Numbered from the stretch's first letter, positions 18,836-30,658 are shown. The stretch: DNA of 64,000 bases from Pelagibaca sp. (GCA_041725935.1 JBGRQD010000018.1:9242-73241); one strand, 5' to 3'. Notes: generated by a model not told the origin, from the sequence alone. A program made the numbers and translations.

Positions 18836-19741
18836 TTACCAGTCTTTCGGACCCTTGTCGGCGAACTGGTGTACCAGAAAGTCAATGAAGGCGCGCACCT
18901 TGGGCTGGGTGAACCGACCCGGCGGGTAGACCGCATAGATACCCTGCGTGTCGATCGGCAGGTCAGGCATCGCATCCTCGACCAGACCTTTTTCCATCGC
19001 GTCGGCATAGAGGAACGACGGCAGGTAAGCGATGCCCAGACCCGCCACGCAGGCGTTGAGCAGCGACTGACCGTCATTCACCGAAAGCCACCCGGCGGTG
19101 CGGATCTGACGCTTTTCACCCGAGGGTGCTGTCACCTTCCAGACGTTGCCGCTGGACTGGTTCGAATAGTGCAGCAGCTTGTGCTCGTTCAGATCGTCGA
19201 TCCGCCGCGGGCGACCGTATTTGTCGAAGTATCCCGGTGCCGCGATCATGCGCTTGGTGGTCTCTGTCAGTTTGCGGGCGCGCAGCGTGCTGTCCTCCAG
19301 CTCACCGATGCGCACCGCCATGTCGAACCCTTCGGAGATCAGTTCCACGTAGCGGTTGTTCAGAACCATGTTCACCGTGATGTCCGGGAAATCCGACAGG
19401 AATTCACCCAGGACCGGCGAGAGATGATTGACCCCGAAATCGGTCGCCACGCTGATCCGCAAAAGGCCAGAGGGCGCGGATTGCATCGACGTGACCAGCG
19501 CGTCCGCCTCGCCCGCATCGTTCAAAACCCGGCGTGCGCGGTCGTAATAGGCCAGACCGATCTCGGTCGGGCTCACACGGCGCGTTGTCCGGTTCAAGAG
19601 ACGCGCACCAAGCCGGGCCTCAAGGGAGGACACATGCTTCGAGACAGCGGATTTGGAAATCCCCATCTTCTTGGCCGCGTCGGTGAAGCCACCCTGATCC
19701 ACAACCGTGGCAAAGGCCTCCATTTCGGTAAGACGGTCCAT
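18836..19741 (-). CDS. LysR-family regulator (CrgA/DmlR-like)
   Basis: N-terminal HTH (SKSAVSKHVSSLEARLG); PKVRAFIDFL. Confidence 0.93.
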   Translation of the reverse strand: MDRLTEMEAFATVVDQGGFTDAAKKMGISKSAVSKHVSSLEARLGARLLNRTTRRVSPTEIGLAYYDRARRVLNDAGEADALVTSMQSAPSGLLRISVATDFGVNHLSPVLGEFLSDFPDITVNMVLNNRYVELISEGFDMAVRIGELEDSTLRARKLTETTKRMIAAPGYFDKYGRPRRIDDLNEHKLLHYSNQSSGNVWKVTAPSGEKRQIRTAGWLSVNDGQSLLNACVAGLGIAYLPSFLYADAMEKGLVEDAMPDLPIDTQGIYAVYPPGRFTQPKVRAFIDFLVHQFADKGPKDW

Positions 19742-19952
19742 ACGTATTCCTCGTGTTTCTTTGGATTGGGTATGTCCGTCAAATCAGGCGCGACTTGGGC
19801 GCTCTGCCGACAATATCTGGGTTTTCTTGGACAATGTCCTTGTCATGGAAACAGCCCGAGACCCGCTACCCCGATGCTCCGGACTGGGCGATACGGGTCT
19901 ACGGCCTACCTTTCCAGCCAGGCAGCGCGACTGCCGTATTGGGAGGACTATT

Positions 19953-20396
19953 ATGAAACACCTTATTTTCGGCGCAGCCCTGGCCCTGTCAGCCGGCGCT
20001 GCTGCCTTCGCGGCCGACACACCGTCCGTCGAAGGCACGCAAGTCTACGTCGTCAACCTTGAGGACGGAGCATCTGTCCAGTCACCGGTAACGGTCATCT
20101 TCGGCCTGAGCGGCATGGGCGTCGCCCCGGCGGGTGTCGAAAAGGAAAGCACCGGCCATCACCACATCTACCTCAACCGCCCTCCCTTCGGCGAGGCAGA
20201 GGGAGATGCGGAAATCGCGCAGAACGGTATACCGAGCGACGAAAACCACCTGCATTTCGGCGGCGGCCAGACCCAAACCACACTTGATCTGCCACCCGGT
20301 GATCACACGATGCAACTGGTTCTCGGGGATCACTTCCACGTGCCCCACAATCCGCCCGTAGTCAGCGATTATATGACCATCACCGTTACCGAATAA
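19953..20396 (+). CDS. DUF4399 periplasmic protein
   Basis: Signal peptide; TGHHH, HLHFGGGQT, LPPGDHTMQL; GGAGG RBS. Confidence 0.85.
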   Translation: MKHLIFGAALALSAGAAAFAADTPSVEGTQVYVVNLEDGASVQSPVTVIFGLSGMGVAPAGVEKESTGHHHIYLNRPPFGEAEGDAEIAQNGIPSDENHLHFGGGQTQTTLDLPPGDHTMQLVLGDHFHVPHNPPVVSDYMTITVTE

Positions 20397-20399
20397 GAA

Positions 20400-20425
20400 A
20401 AAGCCGGGCGCACAGGCCCGGCTTT
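20400..20425. terminator. Bidirectional terminator
   Basis: AAAGCCGGGC-GCACAG-GCCCGGCTTT between convergent genes. Confidence 0.85.
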
Positions 20426-20449
20426 CCACTCAGTAGTCAAGGATGCTCC

Positions 20450-21010
20450 TTACGCCGCCTTGCGCAGGTGCTTGCCCTCTTCGATCTCTTCCACGATCTT
20501 GCCGACAAACGCCTTAAGGTCATCCGGCTGTCGACTTGTGACAATCGCCTGATCGACCACAACCGCTTCGTCTGTCCAGTTCGCACCAGCGTTCTTCACG
20601 TCGGTCTTGATCGAATGGTAGGACGTGGCATCGCGACCTTTCAGGATACCGGCCTCGACCAGAACCCATGGCGCGTGGCACACGGCGGCAATCGTCTTGC
20701 CCTGATCGTGAAACACCCGCACCAGTTCCAGCACGTCGGCGTCGACGCGCAGCAGGTCGGGGTTGATCTGGCCACCGGGAATCACAAGCGCATCGTAATC
20801 ATCGGCTGAGATATCCGCGATCTTGGCATCCGCCTCGGCCTCGCGGCCCCAGTCGCTGCCTTCCCAACCCTTGATCGCGTTGCCGTCAAGCGTTGCGACA
20901 TGCACGGTAGCGCCTTTGGCACGCAACTGGTCGCGTGGGAATTCAAGCTCGGATTGTTCAAAGCCGTGGGTGGAAATGAGTAGGATTTTCGCGTCACTGA
21001 TTGCAGGCAT
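20450..21010 (-). CDS. pfpI: PfpI/DJ-1 family general stress protein
   Basis: GFEQSEL, PGGQINPD, AVCHAPW, VTSRQPDDL; AGGAGG RBS. Confidence 0.92.
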   Translation of the reverse strand: MPAISDAKILLISTHGFEQSELEFPRDQLRAKGATVHVATLDGNAIKGWEGSDWGREAEADAKIADISADDYDALVIPGGQINPDLLRVDADVLELVRVFHDQGKTIAAVCHAPWVLVEAGILKGRDATSYHSIKTDVKNAGANWTDEAVVVDQAIVTSRQPDDLKAFVGKIVEEIEEGKHLRKAA

Positions 21011-21072
21011 TGTAAGCCTCCTGATGTGTTGAATGTCAAAGCGGGGCTTCATGCCCCGCCGTCTGATCGTTC

Positions 21073-21097
21073 AACGCATCGCCCGCCAACGCGTTCC
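21073..21097 (-). promoter_or_regulatory. EcfG/ECF15-type promoter of pfpI
   Basis: Exact GGAAC-N16-CGTT on minus strand, abutting the fadH stop codon. Confidence 0.8.
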
Positions 21098-23146
<2,049 letters not shown>

Positions 23147-23151
23147 TCACC

Positions 23152-23176
23152 TGACACGTCCCAAGTTGACGTGTCA
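23152..23176. promoter_or_regulatory. Inverted-repeat operator upstream of fadH
   Basis: TGACACGTC-N7-GACGTGTCA with perfect 9-bp arms; extra ACGTCA half-sites nearby. Confidence 0.5.
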
Positions 23177-23191
23177 CGCCCCAACGTCACG

Positions 23192-24379
23192 TCACGGCCT
23201 GTCATACTCCGCCGCGTGCTGCCCCGCCCAAAGCCCGGTGGCGAAACAGGCGGTCAACAGGTAGCCGCCCGTGGGCGCATCCCAGTCGAGCATCTCGCCC
23301 GCGCAGAACGTGCCGGGACGGTCCTTGAGCATCAGCGTGTCGTCCAGCGCATCGAACGACACCCCCCCGGCGGTCGAGATCGCCTCGTCCATCGGACGCA
23401 GACCAGAATAGCGGATGGGAAGCGCCTTCAACCGTGCGGCAAGTCGATCGACCGGAACGGGCGCGCCTTGAGTGAACTCGTTCCAAAGCGCGATCTTGAC
23501 CGGGGGCAGTTTGAGCGTGCTGCGCAGGATCTTGGCCATGCCCTTCTTGGCCGTTTCTGGCAGGCGCTTTTGCACCTCCTCGAGGGTCAGATCGGGCAGC
23601 AGATCGACGGTCAGCGTGGCCCCGTCACCTCGCAGCATAGGGGCCAGCGTGTAGATGCCACCACCCTCAAGCCCCTGCTTGGACAGGATCGCTTCACCCC
23701 GCGATGTCATGGCACCCGCGTGCCATTCGACAGATTTGATCGGCTGTCCGAATTGCCCGGTCATGTGCTCGGACCAGTCGACCTGCAACCCGACATTCGA
23801 CGGCTGGAACGGTGCCACCTCGATCCCGTTCTCTGCGAAACGCTCCGCCCAATGCCCGTCCGATCCCAGCCGCGCCCAGCTTGCGCCGCCAAGGGCGAAC
23901 ACCGTCACACGGGGCGTCAGCACCCTGCTGCCCTCGGGTGTGTCGAAATGGTGGATGTTCCTCTCCCAATCGACCCAGCGCCAACGCGTATGGCGCTCCA
24001 GCCCCATGCCGTCCAGTCGCGCAAGCCACGCGCGCAGAAGCGGCGAGGCCTTCATCGCTTGTGGAAACAGCCGCCCGGTCGATCCGGCAAATGTGGTCTG
24101 TCCCAAAGCTTCGGTCCAATCGCGAACCTGTTCCGGCCCAAAGGCGTTCAGGGCGTTGCGTAGGCCGGGCTTCTGCCCGGCGCCCCAGACATAAGACGCC
24201 AGAAACGGGCCAAACGCCTGCATCTTTGTCAGGTTCAACCCGGACTTGCCCGCCATCAGGAACTTGCGGCCGATGGACGGTTTCGCCTCGACCAGCGTGA
24301 CCGCGCGACCACCAGCCAATAGCGCCTCGGCCGCCATCAGGCCCGCAGGCCCGCCACCGATGACCAGCGCGTCGGTCAC
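23192..24379 (-). CDS. HI0933/TIGR03862-family flavoprotein
   Basis: GGGPAG, GRKFLMAGKSGLNLT, AISTAGGV, GGYLLTAC. Confidence 0.9.
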   Translation of the reverse strand: MTDALVIGGGPAGLMAAEALLAGGRAVTLVEAKPSIGRKFLMAGKSGLNLTKMQAFGPFLASYVWGAGQKPGLRNALNAFGPEQVRDWTEALGQTTFAGSTGRLFPQAMKASPLLRAWLARLDGMGLERHTRWRWVDWERNIHHFDTPEGSRVLTPRVTVFALGGASWARLGSDGHWAERFAENGIEVAPFQPSNVGLQVDWSEHMTGQFGQPIKSVEWHAGAMTSRGEAILSKQGLEGGGIYTLAPMLRGDGATLTVDLLPDLTLEEVQKRLPETAKKGMAKILRSTLKLPPVKIALWNEFTQGAPVPVDRLAARLKALPIRYSGLRPMDEAISTAGGVSFDALDDTLMLKDRPGTFCAGEMLDWDAPTGGYLLTACFATGLWAGQHAAEYDRP

Positions 24380-25704
24380 TCTGCCGCGGGTGCGTTGCGC
24401 AGCTCGACAACACGGCGGGGATAGGGGATTTCGATGTTGTGCTCCTTGAGGACGTTCCAGATCAGGAACAACACATCCGAGGCGTATTTGTTCTTGCCGT
24501 CATCGATCCCGTTGACCCAGAACTCGACGCCAAAGTCGATGCCGCTGTCCCCGAAGCCACGCAGTTCGACATCCGGCTCCTCGGGCTTGCTCAAGACGCC
24601 GGGATGGGTTGCGACGGCCTTGGCCACGATGTCGGGGATCAGATTGATGTCGGTATCATAGCTGACCGAGAACGCCACTTCGAGACGGTTGGCGCTGCCC
24701 TGATCGGAATAGTTGATGATCCGTGTTGTGATGAAATCCTCGTTGGGCACGACGATCCAGCGGCCATCGAAGGTCTCGAGGATCATCGCGCGGGCGGTTG
24801 TCTTGACGATGGTGCCCGCCTGCCCATTGTCCAGTTCGACATAGTCTCCAACGGTCGCCTGCCCTTCGAGCAGCAGGATCACACCCGAGATATAGTTCGA
24901 TGCGATCTTTTGCAGACCGAAACCAAGACCCACACCGATCGCACCACCCAGCACCGCGAGAGATGTGAGCGGCACGCCCAGAATGTTCATCAAGAGGATG
25001 AAGGCAAACCCGAAGATCAGCAGCTCCGCCGCCTTGGCCGCAAGCTGCCGCGTGGCGGGCCGCATTTCTTCCTGCTTGCTGATATAGGCGGCGGACTGGT
25101 CATTCGACCAGCGCCCGAACCAGAACAGGAGCGCACCCACGATCACCCCGCGCAGCAGGGTCATCACCGAGAAGGAAATGTTTCCCAGCGAAATCATCGT
25201 GGCGTTCAAACGCTCGGTCAACGGGTCAAGCAGCCCGACTGCGTACAGTGCCACCACCGGCAGCAGCACGTAGCGCCCCAGCAGTTTCAGGAATGGATCG
25301 GTCAGGATGTCCCGCACGAGGATACGCGCGGCGAGGAAAAGAAACAGCCCTTTGCCAAAGGCGATCACCGTGCCGGTGCCGAACGCGCTGCGGGTGACCT
25401 GCTCGCCGATGGCTGCGAACACGTAGGCCAGAACCGGCAGGAGCAGAGGAACAGTCAGCAGCAGCCACCGCCGCATCCGGGCGAGAAGAGACCCGCTGTC
25501 GGCCGGGGGCGTGAACAGGCGAAGCAGCGTCGGGCGTATCCGCCGCGCCAGAACCACCGCTGCGAGATAAGCCACGATCAGCAGTGCGAATTGTGTCCAT
25601 GCCGCAGGGGACAGGATCCAGCCAAGGGCGATCTCGTAGCCTTGCAGCGCGATATCCGCCATTTTCTGAACGATGGGCGGTTGCGCCGACAAATCCCAGT
25701 CCAT
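24376..25704 (-). CDS. MscS-family mechanosensitive channel
   Basis: GVGLGFGLQKIASNYISG, GDYVE, VPNEDF, IEIPYP. Confidence 0.92.
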   Translation of the reverse strand: MDWDLSAQPPIVQKMADIALQGYEIALGWILSPAAWTQFALLIVAYLAAVVLARRIRPTLLRLFTPPADSGSLLARMRRWLLLTVPLLLPVLAYVFAAIGEQVTRSAFGTGTVIAFGKGLFLFLAARILVRDILTDPFLKLLGRYVLLPVVALYAVGLLDPLTERLNATMISLGNISFSVMTLLRGVIVGALLFWFGRWSNDQSAAYISKQEEMRPATRQLAAKAAELLIFGFAFILLMNILGVPLTSLAVLGGAIGVGLGFGLQKIASNYISGVILLLEGQATVGDYVELDNGQAGTIVKTTARAMILETFDGRWIVVPNEDFITTRIINYSDQGSANRLEVAFSVSYDTDINLIPDIVAKAVATHPGVLSKPEEPDVELRGFGDSGIDFGVEFWVNGIDDGKNKYASDVLFLIWNVLKEHNIEIPYPRRVVELRNAPAAE

Positions 25705-25795
25705 GACGATTCCCTTGAAATGGCACCATTACACCGCAGCTAATTGCCCTGCACCGCATCCTTTCACAAGCCCGCCGCGTCGGAGACATGTTTTG

Positions 25796-26116
25796 GTGAC
25801 CGAGCCTGACCCGATCTGCCCCCTCTGCCTGCGCCCGATTCCGCCGGGCGTGAAGCAGAGTCAGCATCACCTGATCCCGAAGCTGAAGGGCGGCAAGGGC
25901 GGGCCGACGGTGCTTGTGCATCACATCTGCCATCAGGAGATTCACGCAACCCTGACCGAAGCCGAACTGGCACGGGAGTACAACACGCCCGAAGCACTGC
26001 GCGAGCATCCGCATCTTGCCACGTTTTTCCAGTGGATCGCCAAACGCCCACCGGAGTTTCAAGCGCGGGGGCGCAGCAGCCTGCGCAAGCAGCGATCCCG
26101 TAAGCGCAAGAGATAG
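25796..26116 (+). CDS. Small stand-alone HNH endonuclease-like protein
   Basis: CPLC...HHLIPKLKGG...HHICHQEIH; GTG start with GGAG RBS. Confidence 0.85.
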   Translation: MTEPDPICPLCLRPIPPGVKQSQHHLIPKLKGGKGGPTVLVHHICHQEIHATLTEAELAREYNTPEALREHPHLATFFQWIAKRPPEFQARGRSSLRKQRSRKRKR

Positions 26117-26133
26117 GTCCATCCCGGCCCTAT

Positions 26134-26151
26134 TGTTTCGCGCGCGAAACA
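26134..26151. terminator. Perfect palindrome/hairpin 3' of the HNH gene
   Basis: TGTTTCGCGCGCGAAACA. Confidence 0.45.
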
Positions 26152-26171
26152 TTGGGTCCGATCCGGCCGTA

Positions 26172-26186
26172 TTAAGGGTTTCTTAA
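26172..26186. promoter_or_regulatory. CtrA-type full binding site
   Basis: TTAA-GGGTTTC-TTAA. Confidence 0.5.
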
Positions 26187-26208
26187 GATTTGGAGCGACC
26201 GCACCCGA

Positions 26209-26550
26209 TCACAGGCGGATGACGTATTCCTTGGTCGTGGTCTCCACGACCTCCCATGTGCCGGAAAAGCCCGGACGCAGGATGAAGCTGTCACCTGCCC
26301 GAAGCTCGAACGCTTCTCCGTCGTCCTGAGTGATGATCGAATGCCCTTCGAGAATGCGGCAATATTCCCATTCGTCGTAGCGGATGATCCACTTGCCCGG
26401 GGTCGCCTGCCATGTCCCGCAGTAAAGTCCATCCGCCTCTTCGATGTTCCATGTGGTGAAGTGCGGCGCGCCAGACAGGATGCGGTCAGCGGGCGGCTGA
26501 TCGCGTTCGGCGGGTCCGGTTGCGGTCATGCGGAGAAATGTCTCTGACAT
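26209..26550 (-). CDS. Cupin_3 (DUF861/EutQ-like) protein
   Basis: GTWQATPG, YDEWEYCRILEG, PGFSGTWEV. Confidence 0.88.
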   Translation of the reverse strand: MSETFLRMTATGPAERDQPPADRILSGAPHFTTWNIEEADGLYCGTWQATPGKWIIRYDEWEYCRILEGHSIITQDDGEAFELRAGDSFILRPGFSGTWEVVETTTKEYVIRL

Positions 26551-26595
26551 CTGGTCCTTCGCTTCAGGTTTGGAATGGCAGGTGGGGGTGCCGGA

Positions 26596-26922
26596 TCAAC
26601 TGGCGCTCATGCGTTCCACGTAGACGCGCATTTCCTCGGCCTCGTGGCGGGCATCGCGCAGGCCTTCCATCGCGGCGGCAAGTTCGGCCTCGGTCTGGGC
26701 AAGCTGGTTGGTCAGTTCGGCTTCGCGCTGCTGCAGATAGGTGATCGCCTGATCGCGGGTTTCCTCGGCCTCGTGCAGGTCCTGGCTCATGCGTTCAAGC
26801 TGATCCATGTCGGCCTGGCTCACACGGGTGAAGCGGTGCACAAGCCAATTGGCAAACCATCCCAGACAGAACGCCACGAAAAGAATGATCGCGGTGGTGA
26901 TGATAAATTCAGTTCTGTCCAT
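26596..26922 (-). CDS. Conserved hypothetical protein, TM + coiled coil
   Basis: N-terminal TM then heptad-like acidic helix; overlaps the OmpA-family gene stop. Confidence 0.8.
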   Translation of the reverse strand: MDRTEFIITTAIILFVAFCLGWFANWLVHRFTRVSQADMDQLERMSQDLHEAEETRDQAITYLQQREAELTNQLAQTEAELAAAMEGLRDARHEAEEMRVYVERMSAS

Positions 26923-28825
26923 CGCTGGTACCCTCTGCGCCGTCGGTTTGTGATGTTTCGTCTGTTGGCGCGGATTGTTCAATCATTTCTAGCGTTGTTT
27001 CGGTCTCTTCCACGGGTTCGGGTTGCCGCAACTTGAATTCGATGCGGCGGTTGGCCTCGCGGCCTTCCTCGGTGTCGTTGGTGGCGATGGGTTGTTCTTC
27101 GCCGTAGCCGCGGACTTCGTAGCTGGCCGTCAGAACACGGCGCTGGCGCAGCGCATCGACCACGGCTTGTGCGCGTTCCTGGCTGAGCTGCAGGTTCATC
27201 ACTTCGCGGCCCTGGCTGTCGGTGTGACCCGCGATCACCAGAGGAATGTCGCCGCAGAGCTGCAGCAGCTCGGCGATTTCATCCATGATGTCCTGCGTCG
27301 CAAGGTCGAGCGTGGCCGATCCGGGCTCGAAGGTGATCTTGCGGTCGCCGATGATCTCGACGATCTGCGCCTCGCATTCGGCGGGCGTGGGGATGCCCAA
27401 CAGGGGATCGAGTTTTTCCTGGTAGGTGATGTCGATTTCGAACTCTTCGCTTTCGCCCAGCTTGTCGGCCAGAAGGCCCGCGATTTCCGAGCTGGCGTTC
27501 TGGTTGCCGGTGTTGCCGGTGATCGTCAGCGCGTCGGGCGTGACTGTCACAGCCCCGTTGGACAGGCGCGACAGAGCCTCGAGTCCGGCCAGAACGCGAC
27601 TCGACCAGTTCGCGGGCAGGGTTTCGTCGACCCGCGCCGTGGTGCGGACGGTGGTCGATCCGAACGCGGCGCGGGCAAAGCTGTCTGCCGTTTGCCGCGC
27701 GATTTCGCTGTTGATACGTCCACGCAATTGCACGGCGCCTTCAGGGCTGCGAGTGACGGTAAATTCGGGGATGCCCTCGGGGGCGGCTTCGGGCGGTGTC
27801 GGCAGGGTCGCGTTGACCACGAAGACATCCGGCAGGTCCGTCTCCAGCTCGCCGACAATGCGGTCGAACAGCGTCTGGTCCGTGCCTTCGAGCGCAAAAA
27901 GCGTCACATCGGCGTCGGCAAAGGTGATGCTGCCGCCGCCGAGGCCGTCGATGGCGCGAATGCCCATCGCAGCGGCCATGCCCCAGTCGTTCGTCGGAGT
28001 GCCAAGGCCCAGCCGACATTCCAGCTTGCCGTCAAGACCTGCTGCAGAGGCGGCCTTGAGGATCTCTGCACGGTCGTCCTCGGTCGGGGCCGCGCAGGCG
28101 TCAAAGCGCACACCCTCGGCGTCCTTGATGAAACGCAGGGTGAACGGGGAAATGACCGGGCGCGGTGCCGTGATGTCGAGCGCCAGCCGCAGGGTATCAT
28201 TCGCGCGGCGGGCAAGATCAGCCTCGACGCGGCGGCGGGCATCCTCGTCTTCGGCAGCGCCTTTGATCGTCACCCGACCCGCCTCGATCGAGATCTTCGA
28301 CCGATCCAGCACACGCAGCACAGATACGGCATAGCTCAACGCGTCTTCCAGCCCATCGGGCATCGGGTAATCGGCGATTTCCAGAAGGTCGGACAGGGGC
28401 GCATCGGGCACGGCGCGTTTTATGTCCGCGATCAGTTGTTCGCGGTCCACGGCGGTGGGCAGCAGCCCGATCATCGACAACCCATTGTCGTTGCGCAGAA
28501 TCTCGACCGAAAAGCGCGGCGGCACGATGCCCTCGCTGTCGACGATGTCGATCTGGTCAATCACGCGTGCAGAATCGACCACTCGTCCTGCAGCGCTGAG
28601 CGCCTGAAAACGGGCGGCCTCGGTTGGGGCGGTGCCGATCAGGAAGACCAGCAATCCGTTGGTGTCTACGTCCGCCCAAGTCAGCGCGTCACGGTCAAGT
28701 TCGGTGCGAATGGCCCGTTCAGAGCTTTCCTCGACGGCCTCGGCGGCCACCCAAGCGGTCCCGATACTGAGCACCGCTGCAGAGGCAAAGGCACAAAATA
28801 GGATAAAGACAGAAGACAGGCGCAT
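26909..28825 (-). CDS. OmpA-family peptidoglycan-binding protein with BON-like domains
   Basis: C-terminal GHTDSQG...LSQERA, GYGEEQP, NRRIEF. Confidence 0.9.
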   Translation of the reverse strand: MRLSSVFILFCAFASAAVLSIGTAWVAAEAVEESSERAIRTELDRDALTWADVDTNGLLVFLIGTAPTEAARFQALSAAGRVVDSARVIDQIDIVDSEGIVPPRFSVEILRNDNGLSMIGLLPTAVDREQLIADIKRAVPDAPLSDLLEIADYPMPDGLEDALSYAVSVLRVLDRSKISIEAGRVTIKGAAEDEDARRRVEADLARRANDTLRLALDITAPRPVISPFTLRFIKDAEGVRFDACAAPTEDDRAEILKAASAAGLDGKLECRLGLGTPTNDWGMAAAMGIRAIDGLGGGSITFADADVTLFALEGTDQTLFDRIVGELETDLPDVFVVNATLPTPPEAAPEGIPEFTVTRSPEGAVQLRGRINSEIARQTADSFARAAFGSTTVRTTARVDETLPANWSSRVLAGLEALSRLSNGAVTVTPDALTITGNTGNQNASSEIAGLLADKLGESEEFEIDITYQEKLDPLLGIPTPAECEAQIVEIIGDRKITFEPGSATLDLATQDIMDEIAELLQLCGDIPLVIAGHTDSQGREVMNLQLSQERAQAVVDALRQRRVLTASYEVRGYGEEQPIATNDTEEGREANRRIEFKLRQPEPVEETETTLEMIEQSAPTDETSQTDGAEGTSDGQN

Positions 28826-28884
28826 CCGCGTTCCGCGTCAATTACGATTGGCAAAGCGATACGCCGCAGCGCCCCCGAGTGCAA

Positions 28885-29850
28885 TCACGCGAACAGCGCA
28901 GCGGCGAAAAACAGCACAGGGATCAGACCCGCGTCCCGGTTGGACCGGAAAAGCGCGAGCAGGCCATCCATGTCGTCCAGTTTCAACCGCCGCATCTGCC
29001 ACATCATGTGCCAGCCCATCGCCCAGGGCCCGCCCAGCGCGATCACCAGCGCTAGGATCTCTCCGCTCGGGGCGGCAAGGATGATCGCAAAGCCCATCAG
29101 CGCCACGGTCAGGACAAGGAACCAGGCCAGATATCTTGGGGTCTGTTCGCCGAAGAGACGAGCGGTGGATTTCACGCCGATCAGGGCGTCGTCTTCCTTG
29201 TCCTGATGGGCATAGATCGTGTCATAGAACAGCGTCCATGCCATGCCCGCCAGATAGAGTGAGACCGCAGGCCATTGCAATTGGCCGGTATGCGCCGTCC
29301 ACGCCAGAAGCGCGCCCCAGTTGAAAGCAATGCCCAGGAACACCTGCGGCCACCACGTGAACCGCTTGGCAAAGGGATAGATCGCCACCGGCACAAGCGC
29401 GATGATCCCGAGCAGGATCGCCTGCAGTGGAAAGGTGATCAGGATGAGGAAGGCCACGAGCGACTGGATCACCGCCCAGGCCAGCGCCTGTTTCACCGTG
29501 ACCTGACCCGAGGGAATCGGCCGTGACGCGGTGCGGGCGACCGAGCCGTCGATGTCGCGGTCGGTGATGTCGTTCCATGTGCAGCCCGCACCGCGCATCA
29601 GGAAGGCACCAATGCCGCAACCAAGGATGATCCACGCATCGAAGAGCCGCATCTCGCCGATGTGGAACATCGCCAGCAGCGTGCCCCAGACGCAGGGCAG
29701 ATAGAGCAGCCATGTGCCGATGGGCCGATCCGCGCGGCTGAGGCGGAGATAGGGGCGCGACCATGCGGGGGCATGGCTGTCGACCCAATTGCCCGTGACG
29801 GCATCTGCGACCTGACCGCTCTGGTCTGGTGAAATCTGCGGGCCGGGCAT
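28885..29850 (-). CDS. ubiA: 4-hydroxybenzoate octaprenyltransferase
   Basis: RADRPIGTWLL, NDITDRDID, YDTIYAHQDKEDD; start trimmed to MPGPQISP. Confidence 0.96.
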   Translation of the reverse strand: MPGPQISPDQSGQVADAVTGNWVDSHAPAWSRPYLRLSRADRPIGTWLLYLPCVWGTLLAMFHIGEMRLFDAWIILGCGIGAFLMRGAGCTWNDITDRDIDGSVARTASRPIPSGQVTVKQALAWAVIQSLVAFLILITFPLQAILLGIIALVPVAIYPFAKRFTWWPQVFLGIAFNWGALLAWTAHTGQLQWPAVSLYLAGMAWTLFYDTIYAHQDKEDDALIGVKSTARLFGEQTPRYLAWFLVLTVALMGFAIILAAPSGEILALVIALGGPWAMGWHMMWQMRRLKLDDMDGLLALFRSNRDAGLIPVLFFAAALFA

Positions 29851-29862
29851 ATGTGTTGCTCC

Positions 29863-30594
29863 ATGAATTCGAAGACGCGTGCAAAAGTCAGGCTTTTTGT
29901 AGAGCAGCCGCTTGGGGCGGTACAACCGGTTCCTCTGACGCGGGAGCAGGCGCATTACCTTTTCGGCGTGATGCGTATGGGTGTGGGCGATCCGGTGGCG
30001 CTGTTCAACGGGCGCGACGGCGAATGGCAGGCCGAGGTCGCCGAGGCCGGAAAGCGCGGGGGCATTCTGGTGTGCCGCGAGCAGTCCCAGCCGCAGACGG
30101 TGCCGCCAGACCTGTGGCTGCTGTTTGCGCCGATCAAGAAGGCGCGGACCGATTTCATTGTGGAAAAGGCCGTCGAGATGGGGGCGCGGCGCGTGGTGCC
30201 GGTGCAGACGGCGCACACCAATTCCGAACGCATCCGGCAGGACCGGCTTCAGGCGCATGCGATTGAGGCGGCCGAGCAATGCGGCGGCGTATTCGTGCCC
30301 GAGGTGGCCGACCTGACCCGGCTGGACCGGCTGCTGGACAAATGGGATAGCGCGCGGCGGATCGCTTTTTGCGACGAAGCGCTGGCCGGGGAAACCGGGC
30401 GCCTGCCCGATGTGCCGGGACCCTGGGCGATTCTGATCGGTCCCGAGGGCGGGTTTTCCGAAGACGAACGCAAACGGCTGCGGGGGATGGAGCATGCCAC
30501 TCCGATCAGCCTTGGCCCGCGCATCCTGCGCGCCGACACGGCGGCGGTGGCAGCGTTGACGCTTTGGCAGAGCACTTTGGGGGACTGGGCGTGA
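29863..30594 (+). CDS. rsmE: 16S rRNA m3U1498 methyltransferase
   Basis: HYLFGVMR, EKAVEMG, IGPEGGFS, LGPRILRADTA. Confidence 0.96.
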   Translation: MNSKTRAKVRLFVEQPLGAVQPVPLTREQAHYLFGVMRMGVGDPVALFNGRDGEWQAEVAEAGKRGGILVCREQSQPQTVPPDLWLLFAPIKKARTDFIVEKAVEMGARRVVPVQTAHTNSERIRQDRLQAHAIEAAEQCGGVFVPEVADLTRLDRLLDKWDSARRIAFCDEALAGETGRLPDVPGPWAILIGPEGGFSEDERKRLRGMEHATPISLGPRILRADTAAVAALTLWQSTLGDWA

Positions 30595-30619
30595 CGGCGT
30601 TTCGGTCAACCGAAACGCA

Positions 30620-30639
30620 CGCATCCGTCGACGGATGCG
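30620..30639. repeat. Perfect 20-bp intergenic palindrome
   Basis: CGCATCCGTCGACGGATGCG between rsmE and the next gene. Confidence 0.5.
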
Positions 30640-30658
30640 GCGCGCGCAGGGATACCCC

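Noticed and set aside
18155-20062. Long antisense ORFs (also 10620-11933, 27023-28801, 30743-32662, 43093-45381, 46283-47872)
   Set aside because: They lie opposite well-supported genes, have no recognisable motifs, and are expected shadow ORFs in GC-rich DNA.
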